Shown here: positions 10,257-18,428 of the stretch, piece after piece
Layout of the letters: each line of letters begins with the position of its first letter
How positions within the stretch are numbered: the first letter of the stretch is position 1
NCBI GenBank assembly: GCA_965208105.1
Contig: OZ242318.1
Coordinates: forward strand, 2,112,001 to 2,176,000
DNA length: 64,000 nucleotides
Reading direction: 5' to 3'
From: Candidatus Latescibacterota bacterium
Lineage (GTDB): Bacteria > Latescibacterota > UBA2968 > UBA8231
Program-made: the position numbers and the translations under genes
The notes under the pieces: model-generated
What the model was told of the DNA's origin: nothing
The model's database searches: none
The model's input: only the letters and a program-made list of their open reading frames with translations

Positions 10257-10898
10257 GGTAGTGTCTCAGTTTGAAATTGGCCTATGGGTTAGGCAATAGC
10301 AAAGTGGCAAAGACCTTTACTATTTTCTTATTCCTGGTTTCTTGGAACAGCGTCCAAGGAGAGGAATGGAACGGCCTAAACGTGGCCCCAGAGGATAGAT
10401 GCAGTCGGTATGACCGCAGAGACTATCCGTATCCACAATCAATTGAGCTTGCCCTCATTGAGCGCGACGGCCTTATTTCTCGCTACACAGGGCGGGTTTT
10501 CGCATCGCGTGATTCGTCAAATATAGAGCATATCGTAGCCACCAGTGAGGCCCATGATTCGGGCCTATGTGCCGCCTCCGATTCGACGAAGAGGGCATTT
10601 AGTCGCGACTTGCTCAACTTGGCACTGGCCAGTCCACAATTAAACCGCTATGAAAAGAGAGATAAAGACGCGGCTGACTGGCTTCCGCCTCTAAATCAAT
10701 GCTGGTTCGTCCAGACCATCATAGCGGTGAAACAGAAGTACATGTTGACCGTATACGAAGCGGAGCGTGACGCATTGCAAGCCGTCTTGGACGAGTGCTC
10801 CGCCACCACTACAAGCTTTAATAGCTGGGGTCGCCTAAAAGCATGGTTCAGACGCTTGATGCCAAACCCATAGGCCAATTTCAAACTGAGACACTACC
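10257..10898. mobile_element. Non-autonomous cassette bounded by IS1-family terminal inverted repeats
   Basis: GGTAGTGTCTCAGTTTGAAATTGGCCTATGGGTT at 10257 and its exact reverse complement ending at 10898. The first 22 bp equal the IS1 end at 25466. Confidence 0.8.
10271..10873 (+). CDS. Secreted HNH/DUF1524-like (GmrSD C-terminal-like) nuclease with SWGRLK tail
   Basis: IEHIVATSEAHDSG, DLLNLAL, N..EKRDKDAADWLPP motifs; signal peptide (start possibly GTG 10304). Confidence 0.75.
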   Translation: MKLAYGLGNSKVAKTFTIFLFLVSWNSVQGEEWNGLNVAPEDRCSRYDRRDYPYPQSIELALIERDGLISRYTGRVFASRDSSNIEHIVATSEAHDSGLCAASDSTKRAFSRDLLNLALASPQLNRYEKRDKDAADWLPPLNQCWFVQTIIAVKQKYMLTVYEAERDALQAVLDECSATTTSFNSWGRLKAWFRRLMPNP

Positions 10899-10934
10899 AG
10901 GAAGAATGTCTCCCACCCAAGGAAGGATGAATTT

Positions 10935-11657
10935 ATGATCAGACGTTGTTTTATTTTCGTCGTATTTGTAGCAATCACGCCGCTTTTCGCCCACCAGATG
11001 GAAGATGTAGTTTACCTGAAGAATGGAAGCATCGTTCGGGGCACTATCGTCGAGGAGGTTCAGGGCAGATCGCTGAAGATCCAGATGCAAGACGGCAGCG
11101 TATTCGCATATGAGGAACACGAGATCGCCAGAATCGGAAGGAAGCCTGCGGCGAGGACGGTAGAGGGGGACAATGGGATCGAAATCGGCACGTTATTCGG
11201 GTTCTTTGATCTCTCTGGAGGTGGAGGAACTATGATTGGAGCGCCAGGTGGAGGGTTAATAGGTGATTTGATTGGAGTCCCCTCACTTTACGTTATGTGG
11301 TTTTCGGATAAGAAGCTGTCCCTTGGGCCGGAATTCAATCTTATTCGTATGTCAGACAGAGGAAATTTAACTTCCCTATATTTGGGGGGTCGAATTTCAG
11401 TTTTCCGCAAAACCAATGCGGTGTCCGGTGCCTACATGTCGGGACAGGTTGCTCTACGTCACCTGAGGGTTGAAAACTCTGTGGGTCTGGACGATTCCGA
11501 CACCGATTTCTCCATGGGAGCCGGTCTGGGTTATCAGTGGCGCATTAGATCTGCATTTGTCCTAGGGATGGAAGGCCGGTATGGACGATGGTTTGAGGAA
11601 CAGGTTAATGTATTCTCGCTCCTTCTCAGGATGAGTACCCGGCTTGGAGGAAGGTAG
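10935..11657 (+). CDS. Outer-membrane protein (DVVYLKNG N-domain plus beta-barrel)
   Basis: Signal peptide; DVVYLKNGSIVRGTIVE domain; amphipathic strands GAGLGYQW and MEGRY. Confidence 0.7.
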   Translation: MIRRCFIFVVFVAITPLFAHQMEDVVYLKNGSIVRGTIVEEVQGRSLKIQMQDGSVFAYEEHEIARIGRKPAARTVEGDNGIEIGTLFGFFDLSGGGGTMIGAPGGGLIGDLIGVPSLYVMWFSDKKLSLGPEFNLIRMSDRGNLTSLYLGGRISVFRKTNAVSGAYMSGQVALRHLRVENSVGLDDSDTDFSMGAGLGYQWRIRSAFVLGMEGRYGRWFEEQVNVFSLLLRMSTRLGGR

Positions 11658-11675
11658 ACAATTTCAAATCGTCCC

Positions 11676-14375
11676 ATGGCCAATCTCCGCGAAGAAACCC
11701 TGAACACCCATCTTGCCCTGCTGCTCGACCAGTATGACGGGATCTCCGCGACCGCGGAGCGCCGTTCCGGACAACAAGCGATTGACATAACGGTGACTCA
11801 CGAGCACGCGACCGCCGCTATACCCATCTTCATAGAAGCCAAAGTGGGCGATTCCCCGTCCAAGCGCCGGGCGGCCGAGAAGCAGGCGCGTAAACGATTA
11901 TCTCCCCGGCCACGTGCGCTCGCTTGGGGCCTTTGTTATCCGGTCCACCTGCAGGACGGCTCGATCTCGGCTCGAGCTACCCAAAAGGCTCTCGCCAAAG
12001 CAGAGATTGCCTTCGCGCCCGTGTCGCGCTTGCCTCAGACCCTTTCCTGGCGCAAAGGCACGGTTGCCGACCTGGCCGACGAGCTGCTGAACTCCGAATT
12101 GTCCCAAAAGCACGTGGCCGATGCCATTGAGTACACCGTCCACAAGGCGGCGGAGATACTCTTCAGCGCCGGATCGGCTCCCGCCCTCGCCGAGGCCCTG
12201 GCCCTCCCCAAAACGTCTAAGGAGCTTCGCGCAGCGGCTCTCATCGCGTCGCTGATGTTGTCCAACGCGGCCCTGCTCCACCACCGTCTGCGGCTCGTGG
12301 AGCATCTCAGCCATATCGTTTCCCTTAAAGAAACCCTCCTGCATCCTCCGATCTTCGATCAAGAGGACATGGCGCCGAAGGCCCTCCAGGCGGCCTGGGA
12401 GGCCATACTCCGCATTGACTACCATCCTGTCTTTGTCCCGGCTCTGGCCGTTTTGAAGGTCCTGGCCGACGAGCTGGCTTCGTTGCGCTTCGACCATGCC
12501 GGCCCGCTCTATCACCGGCTGCTGGCCTCCGCCAAATACGACGGTTCCTTCTATACGAACAATGTGTCGGCGCTACTGCTGGCAAGGCTGGCGCTCAACG
12601 AAGGCGCGGCCGAATGGCAGGACGCCAACGCGATAGCCAAGCTCAAGGTGATCGACCCGGCCTGCGGCACGGGGACGCTGCTGATGGCGGCAATGCACAC
12701 CATGCGCGACCGCCACCAGCGCACTGCGGAGACGGATCTCGACCTGCTGCACCTGGCCCTGGTGGAAGACGTGCTGCATGGTTTCGACATCAATCGCCAC
12801 GGCATTCAGCTGGCCGCCTGCAATTTGACCCTGGGAAATCCTCGGGTCGATTATTCGCGTATGAACCTGTTTACGATGAAACACGGCCCCCTGCCCGACG
12901 ACGGGACCACCAAAGCCGGGTCCCTGGAGCTGCTAGCGACGGCCAGAGACGAAACAGACGTGGCCAGCCTCACGTCACCGCTGCCGACGACAGGTGCTCT
13001 GGGCGCGGAGCACATCGAGGCGGGAGGGGCGGGACCGACCGAAAAGCTCCTCGGGGAGTTCGACCTGGTCATTATGAATCCGCCCTTCACCCGGAACGAT
13101 ATCCGCAACCGCCAATACGACAAACGCGCTCGCCGAGCTGTCCAAAAGCGGGAAATTCAAATCGCCCAATCCGTCAAAACCTGGGAAAACGAACTGGCGT
13201 TCAAGGCTATCGACCAGACGAGTGTGAGGACATTTTTCTCCCCCCTGGCTGACGTACTGTTAAAGGAAAAAGGCGCTGGACTGGCGGAGGTTGTACCGAC
13301 GACGGCTTTGACCAGCTCCTCGGGCATTCCGGAGAGGCAATTCCTTGCCCATCGCTTTCAGATCGAGACCATCGTCACCAGCCATGACCCGACGTGCATC
13401 AACTTCTCGGAGAACACGAGCATCCACGAATCGCTGATGATCGCTCGGCGCCCAGAAGCCGAACGCAAGCCCACGCGGTTTATTTCGCTCGCCCGGATGC
13501 CCCGTGACGCCCACGAGGCGCTGCAGCTTGCCGATGTAATCAATGGAGACCAGCCGCTCGACGATTGGGGCACCCAACATCAGTGGCCGTGGCCGCGCAT
13601 TCGCGAAGGCGACTGGAGCGCCGCGCAATTCTATGATGGAACGCTCGCTCATGCCGTCCGCGACCTTGAAGCCCTGGCCGGAACAACGCTCAGGGCGGCC
13701 GGGGAGCTATGCCATATCGAGCCGGAAGGGCGGAGAGTTCGCGATGCTTTCCAGCGCGATCCGCCCAAAAACGCGCCATGGACTGCGCCTATTCTTTGGG
13801 ATCACTCGACGGATATTCAGGTGTCGATGGAAGCTGAACCTGACGTTGTGGGTGCTCCCAAGCCCGGCAAGGAGGACTACGCGCGGGGGAGGCTCACCGG
13901 GAAAGCCAGCCGGTTGCTGGTCGCTAGCCGGCTACGAACGAACCTGGTGCGTATCGCGGCGTGTTACGCGGCAGTGCCTCTGCTGGGTTCGGCCTGGGTT
14001 CCGGTGCGGCCCATAGCGCCGGATCTCACCTTTGAGCAAGCCCTCTGCGCATGGTGGAATTCCACGCCTGGCATTCTCACACTGCTACATTGCCGGGCCA
14101 AAGCTCTGGACTATCCACGGTACGCCCTCGAATCGCTCCGCTCCTTGCTCGTCCCGGATCCAAAGCGTGTCGATCTCGCGCCCCTAATGGACGCCTTCGC
14201 CCAAACTCGCGCGGAAACGCTACTGCCCTGGCCGCACATGCACGAATGCCCGGCCCGCGCCGTCCTCGATCAGGCCACCGCGCAGGTCCTTGGCATCGAC
14301 GGCCGCCTGGTCGCCAGCTGGCGTGAGCGTATCGCCGGCGAACCCACGGTATGCAATCGCCGGCCCTTAAAATAA
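11676..14375 (+). CDS. Fused type IIG restriction-modification enzyme (PD-(D/E)xK nuclease, N6-adenine MTase, TRD)
   Basis: N-terminal IDI...IEAK; motif I VIDPACGTGTLL; motif IV NPPF; 899 aa. Confidence 0.85.
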   Translation: MANLREETLNTHLALLLDQYDGISATAERRSGQQAIDITVTHEHATAAIPIFIEAKVGDSPSKRRAAEKQARKRLSPRPRALAWGLCYPVHLQDGSISARATQKALAKAEIAFAPVSRLPQTLSWRKGTVADLADELLNSELSQKHVADAIEYTVHKAAEILFSAGSAPALAEALALPKTSKELRAAALIASLMLSNAALLHHRLRLVEHLSHIVSLKETLLHPPIFDQEDMAPKALQAAWEAILRIDYHPVFVPALAVLKVLADELASLRFDHAGPLYHRLLASAKYDGSFYTNNVSALLLARLALNEGAAEWQDANAIAKLKVIDPACGTGTLLMAAMHTMRDRHQRTAETDLDLLHLALVEDVLHGFDINRHGIQLAACNLTLGNPRVDYSRMNLFTMKHGPLPDDGTTKAGSLELLATARDETDVASLTSPLPTTGALGAEHIEAGGAGPTEKLLGEFDLVIMNPPFTRNDIRNRQYDKRARRAVQKREIQIAQSVKTWENELAFKAIDQTSVRTFFSPLADVLLKEKGAGLAEVVPTTALTSSSGIPERQFLAHRFQIETIVTSHDPTCINFSENTSIHESLMIARRPEAERKPTRFISLARMPRDAHEALQLADVINGDQPLDDWGTQHQWPWPRIREGDWSAAQFYDGTLAHAVRDLEALAGTTLRAAGELCHIEPEGRRVRDAFQRDPPKNAPWTAPILWDHSTDIQVSMEAEPDVVGAPKPGKEDYARGRLTGKASRLLVASRLRTNLVRIAACYAAVPLLGSAWVPVRPIAPDLTFEQALCAWWNSTPGILTLLHCRAKALDYPRYALESLRSLLVPDPKRVDLAPLMDAFAQTRAETLLPWPHMHECPARAVLDQATAQVLGIDGRLVASWRERIAGEPTVCNRRPLK

Positions 14376-14496
14376 ATTGACACAGCCCACTGATGGTTAA
14401 TTATATTGGGTGCGATATTGGAAGGAGGAACATGTCAGGCAGGGTGGCGGTGGCCGGAAGCTATGCTTGGAGTGCTTGGATCATAGAGGTTGAATC

Positions 14497-14871
14497 ATGC
14501 CAAATTATTGGTTGGTAAGTGCTACTTTAGACCGAGAACCGTACGCACAATTATGGGTCCCTAATGGAGTATGGATGGTGTGGTATAGTGAAAATGAAGG
14601 CATTGACTTTTACAAAATGGCTAAAAGGATAAGGCCGGGAGATCGTTTTGCCCTAAAAAGTCAAAATATCCATGAGGAGGTGTTGATCATTCAGCATCTA
14701 GGTATAGTTAAGGAAATATTGACGGTAGAATCCTATATGGCCGCATTTGCCGTAGATTGGCTTCAGGAAAATTTAAATCGCGCCATTCCAATCAAAGGAA
14801 TTCAGAGTTCCTGGAGACTGTATGGCATTCCAGAGGGTCACCCTCGAATCCAGGAAATTTTCCATCTTTAG
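14497..14871 (+). CDS. Stand-alone McrB N-terminal-like (EVE/PUA-like) domain protein
   Basis: NYWLVSA...GVW...IRPGDRFALKS...LGIVK...VDW pattern resembles N-domains of McrB-like GTPases. GAGGT RBS. Confidence 0.5.
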   Translation: MPNYWLVSATLDREPYAQLWVPNGVWMVWYSENEGIDFYKMAKRIRPGDRFALKSQNIHEEVLIIQHLGIVKEILTVESYMAAFAVDWLQENLNRAIPIKGIQSSWRLYGIPEGHPRIQEIFHL

Positions 14872-15162
14872 GAAAATGCGGTGGTCACATGGCCTCTCCT
14901 TTCATCCCAGCATCAATTATTGCATCGACATAAATTTCCATATTCCCTCTCCCACATAATTCCCAAAAAACGCGGCCCGGATGTATCTAAGGCCGTGTTT
15001 TTGCAGCTGAAGATTCCTGATTTGGGGTCCGCAAGCTACGGGGAAGGTTCCAAAGGCTACTAAGAGGCCATAATCAGATCTACCTGGGGAGATTTTTTAC
15101 AGCGAATTCATCTCAGAGGACTTTAACACCCCGGTCCCCCGGCAATGATGCGACGGGTAGGA

Positions 15163-15333
15163 TTAGGAACCGTGTTTCCCGTATTGCTCCAGGCCCATGC
15201 GGATCAGCCGCATGGCTGTTCTCGACATCGAGCGATCTTCCTCCTTGGCAATCTTGACAATCCGATTATAGGTCTCCGTCTCGATCATGAGATACAACTT
15301 TTTGGTTTTGGATTCCTCTTTGGATTGGTCCAT
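15163..15333 (-). CDS. Ribbon-helix-helix (Arc/CopG-like) regulator, 56 aa
   Basis: Not in the ORF track. MDQSKEESKTKKLYLMIETETYNRIVKIAKEEDRSMSRTAMRLIRMGLEQYGKHGS*, with GGAGGG RBS. Confidence 0.75.
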   Translation of the reverse strand: MDQSKEESKTKKLYLMIETETYNRIVKIAKEEDRSMSRTAMRLIRMGLEQYGKHGS

Positions 15334-15371
15334 CGGTCCCTCCAGTAGAAAATCTTCCGAAAGCGATTCGG

Positions 15372-15436
15372 CGTTGCTCGTCAGTGCAGGCGCAACCTGC
15401 AGACCAGGGCCCTAGATAATGGCCCTGGTCTCTACT
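15372..15436 (-). ncRNA. Type II hammerhead-ribozyme-like element, copy 1 (degenerate)
   Basis: Minus strand: GAGAC, 7-bp stem III, GUC, 6-bp stem I, CUGACGA. GAAA is changed to GAGA and stem II is poor. Confidence 0.45.
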
Positions 15437-15523
15437 CAAAGTTGCTGGAACAACTGCCGAAGCAGCATATTAGAGGCATACCGCTCGAAGGCGCGCCTGC
15501 GGTATTCAATCCGGCTCTGTAGC

Positions 15524-16012
15524 CTACTGCTCGGGGTGCTGCGACACCAGGCCCTCGTGATAAAGCCTTGCCCGCAGGAAACTCCCGATCTCGGCGGCGG
15601 GCAGCTCCCACTCGTCGTCCCACAAGGCCACGTACTGGCGCTTGAAGTCGTGGTAGTAGCGGAACACGAAGCGATGGATGCCCACTTCACCTTCCTCGTC
15701 AAAAACGGCAGCCTCCTTGCCGATGGGGTCGCGCAGGTCCTCGTCCATCGGCAGGTCCTGGTCGAGAATGTAGTCAAGCAAGAGCGTCAGGGCGAGTTGC
15801 GACGGCCCCGATCCGCTGTATCCCCACTTGAACCCGGTGGGCGAATGGTTCGCAGACTTTCTGGGATGGCTTGGGGTCCAGGACCTCTCCGTTGGGCCGC
15901 AGGACCTCGACCTCGGGCATACCCTGCCCCTTGACTTCGACCCTGCGGCCTGGCACAGCCACCAGAAGCACCGCAGCGGGCTTTCTACGGTCGTCTGCTC
16001 CGCTCTTCTCAT
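15524..16012 (-). CDS. DUF6166-like phage protein with apparent compensating frameshifts
   Basis: NHSPTGFKWGYSGSGPSQLALTLL motif. The expected upstream LDPKPSQKV lies in another frame. AGGAGG RBS. Confidence 0.65.
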   Translation of the reverse strand: MRRAEQTTVESPLRCFWWLCQAAGSKSRGRVCPRSRSCGPTERSWTPSHPRKSANHSPTGFKWGYSGSGPSQLALTLLLDYILDQDLPMDEDLRDPIGKEAAVFDEEGEVGIHRFVFRYYHDFKRQYVALWDDEWELPAAEIGSFLRARLYHEGLVSQHPEQ

Positions 16013-16099
16013 TTCACCTCCTAGTTGAGTGTGGACGTTCCCATCAGGGCGCACAGCCTCTCGCCCTGCCTCACCTTCCCCTCCCAGTGCTCCGCGTGT

Positions 16100-16534
16100 C
16101 TATCCCAGAGTGCGGCCAGCGCCTCCTGGTAGGCTTTGTCGTCTCCCAGGGCTCTTTTGTTTCTGGCTCGACGGGGCTTCTCTGCGACAGAAGGCAGCCT
16201 GCCTGCGCCTCAGCGCCATATCTGGCCTCTTCCTCATACGACTAACCTCCCTGAGGTGCGCTTGCGCGCCACTCTGGCAGGACCTCGCGCACAACCAGCC
16301 CATAGCGCCTCTCGCAATCCTTTTGCAACACAAACCCCTAGCTGCGCTTACTTCGCCGCACAACCCTATTCGGAGCATCCAGCGAAGCCTGGAAGCACTC
16401 AGCGTCCTTACGAGCCAGGGCCGCCGCATGAGGGTTTCTGCGCGCATGAGCCTCCGCGTAGGGCCCAGCCAGCTCCGCGCCAGCCGCTCCATCTGCTGGT
16501 CGTCCTTGGCCCGTCTCGCGAAAGCTGTCCGCAT
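16100..16534 (-). CDS. Hypothetical Arg-rich protein
   Basis: AAGGA RBS and position in the operon; no recognisable motif. Confidence 0.35.
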   Translation of the reverse strand: MRTAFARRAKDDQQMERLARSWLGPTRRLMRAETLMRRPWLVRTLSASRLRWMLRIGLCGEVSAARGLCCKRIARGAMGWLCARSCQSGAQAHLREVSRMRKRPDMALRRRQAAFCRREAPSSQKQKSPGRRQSLPGGAGRTLG

Positions 16535-16568
16535 AGGTCTCTTCCTTTCTGCCGGTAAGGACCCGGCG

Positions 16569-16635
16569 TAGCGTCATCAGTGCGGTTGCGGTCCGCAGAC
16601 TCAGGGCCCTGGGGTAGTGGCTTTGGTTTCTGCTA
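16569..16635 (-). ncRNA. Type II hammerhead-ribozyme-like element, copy 2
   Basis: Minus strand: UAGC-A-GAAAC, stem III, GUC, 5-bp stem I, CUGAUGA-C-GCUA. The core is complete; A-C mismatches in stems II and III. Confidence 0.55.
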
Positions 16636-16827
16636 AAGCGGAGGTAGCCTGAGCGTCTCCAGCTTATCCATCAGCCGTCGAAGCTCCTCCTGGGTCTGGT
16701 AGTATTCGCCATCCGGTCTCAGGTTGTGGGTCTGCAGGGTAACGAGCACAGGGTTATCCAGGCTCTCGATCCCCTCGCGCTACTCCTTCGCCCTGCGCCG
16801 CACAGCGCTCAGCCTCATTCTCATCAT
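16633..16827 (-). pseudogene. Small hypothetical gene with in-frame TAG
   Basis: MMRMRLSAVRRRAKE*REGIESLDNPVLVTLQ...LETLRLPPL*. Its start overlaps the previous stop. Confidence 0.5.
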
Positions 16828-17477
16828 GTCCTCGACCCTTTCTTCGAGTTGTTGTAGGACCACACGGCCTTGCCGGTCCTGGCGCAGAAGCGCAGCCCAT
16901 GCCCCGGACAGCGGATCACGCCATGCTCGTCCGGCTCGATCTCCGATAGGTCCACGGCCCAATGGGGGCATATCTTCGTCCGCAGATCCAGCTGAGCGTC
17001 CTGGTATTCCTCCCGGAGCATCCCCCCAGCCTCGATTCCTGCGATGGGCAGCCCGGCCACGGTCTCAGATATGTCCGCTTCATCTTTCGTATCCAGGTCC
17101 TCCGCTCGAACTTCGACAGCCAAGCCAGGATTTTCCGGTTCTGCTTGGGGTAGTGGTCCGGCTCGCTGCGATACAGGCACAGGTCCTCATATCTTGGTCT
17201 CCTCGCCCTCGGGGACGATCAGCCGTCCCATCAGGGGCGCATGGTAGCAGGCCGTCGGAATAGGCTTTCCGTTGCTGCCGTTGGCCTCCACCCTCGATTT
17301 CAGCGCCTGCGGCTCCGTCAGAAACCGATAGTCCACATGGTAGTGGATCGGCGGAAAGTCCTGGCTCTCGTCCGTGTGAAACGAACCCATCACCGGCCAC
17401 CAGTGCGGGTTGTAATTCGCGCCCGGCGTCCAGATGGCCCGCACACACAGGACCTCGACCTTATCTTCTATCTCCAC
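16824..17477 (-). pseudogene. Phage-type Rieske [2Fe-2S] domain protein split by one in-frame TGA
   Basis: ORFs 17187..17477 and 16824..17180 share a frame. CPH and CPGHG boxes; N-terminal WPVMG..HTD...HYHVDYRF motif. Confidence 0.7.
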
Positions 17478-17922
17478 GACTCCCCCCTTTCCACGGCAGC
17501 ACCGGATTGATCTCCTGGCAGTGAAAGCACTCCACGCCTCTGCCTCCGTCCCTGGCAGCCCGTATCCCCGCCAGCGACACGTCGAACCAGCGCATACAGC
17601 CTTTCACGCACTGGAACTTGTTCAGGAACGCCTCTTGCGAGGTCTCCCACACGATGACCTCGATGCTGCCCCTCGGCCTCGCCAGTAGCTCATCCCGGCC
17701 TACCGCGTCGTCGAACTGCGTCATGAACAGAATCAGCGTATCCGGCGTAGGGGCCTGGTAATACACGCCTTCGATACTCCCCGAGATGATCGAGTAATGC
17801 ACCGAAGGACACCACACGCCCGCCGCCTCCATCGAGAGCGCTCCAGGGCAATGCTGATTGTCGCAGTCAGCCCCGGTCCGGATCATCTGCTCTGTGATCG
17901 TGAAGGTGATGTGATTGCTCAA
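17461..17922 (-). CDS. Phage-type CxxxxCP family protein (paralog 3) with C-terminal Zn-finger-like motif
   Basis: ITEQMIRTGADCDNQHCPGA...FMTQFDD; CVKGC and CFHC; AGGAGG RBS. Confidence 0.7.
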   Translation of the reverse strand: MSNHITFTITEQMIRTGADCDNQHCPGALSMEAAGVWCPSVHYSIISGSIEGVYYQAPTPDTLILFMTQFDDAVGRDELLARPRGSIEVIVWETSQEAFLNKFQCVKGCMRWFDVSLAGIRAARDGGRGVECFHCQEINPVLPWKGGSRGDRR

Positions 17923-18329
17923 GCGGCCACCTCCTTTCCCTGGCGGGGTGTAACTACATTCAGCTTCCGATTCAGCGGCAGCCGCACCGTCGCCACCTTG
18001 TAGGTCGATGGGGCTCCTTGGCTGTCAAACTGGTCGGCCCAACCGATGCCCACGATTCGATGGCAGGTCTCCCCCACCCAGATCACCCGGCCCATCTGCG
18101 CCTGTTCCGTAGCCACGGAAAAATTGCCCTCGCTCCCTGGGTTTGATTGCAGGATGCGTATCCACCGCTCCACCCTCGACAACTGATCGAGCAGGAACGA
18201 TGCCTTCTCGCCCGCGTGCGCCGCCAGATCCATGTCTCCCTGGCGTCGGTGGCGCCGATACTCTCGGAGCACTCGAGCTCGCTCCCCCCGGTAGTAGCGC
18301 CGCAATGGATGTGCCTCTCGTAGCTCCAT
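17919..18329 (-). CDS. Hypothetical protein
   Basis: AAGGAG RBS; stop overlaps the next start. Confidence 0.65.
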   Translation of the reverse strand: MELREAHPLRRYYRGERARVLREYRRHRRQGDMDLAAHAGEKASFLLDQLSRVERWIRILQSNPGSEGNFSVATEQAQMGRVIWVGETCHRIVGIGWADQFDSQGAPSTYKVATVRLPLNRKLNVVTPRQGKEVAA

Positions 18330-18428
18330 AGCCTATCTCCTTGTGTGATTGTGTGCGACGGGACGTGAACCCCGGCAGAAGGCTTAACCGCAGAGGAGCC
18401 ATATACGACTCTCTGCGGCCCCTCACCG

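Noticed and set aside
868-14871. Integron cassette array (all genes co-oriented)
   Set aside because: No RYYYAAC...GTTRRRY attC hairpins found after the stops, and no IntI-type integrase.
16025-16085. Third hammerhead-like copy (hairpin followed by CTGATGG)
   Set aside because: The core is CUGAUGG and there is no GAAA or GUC in the right place.
16633-17477. Alternative genetic code in the phage-like operon
   Set aside because: The in-frame stops differ (TAG and TGA), neighbouring genes end normally with both codons, and frameshifts are present; decay explains it.
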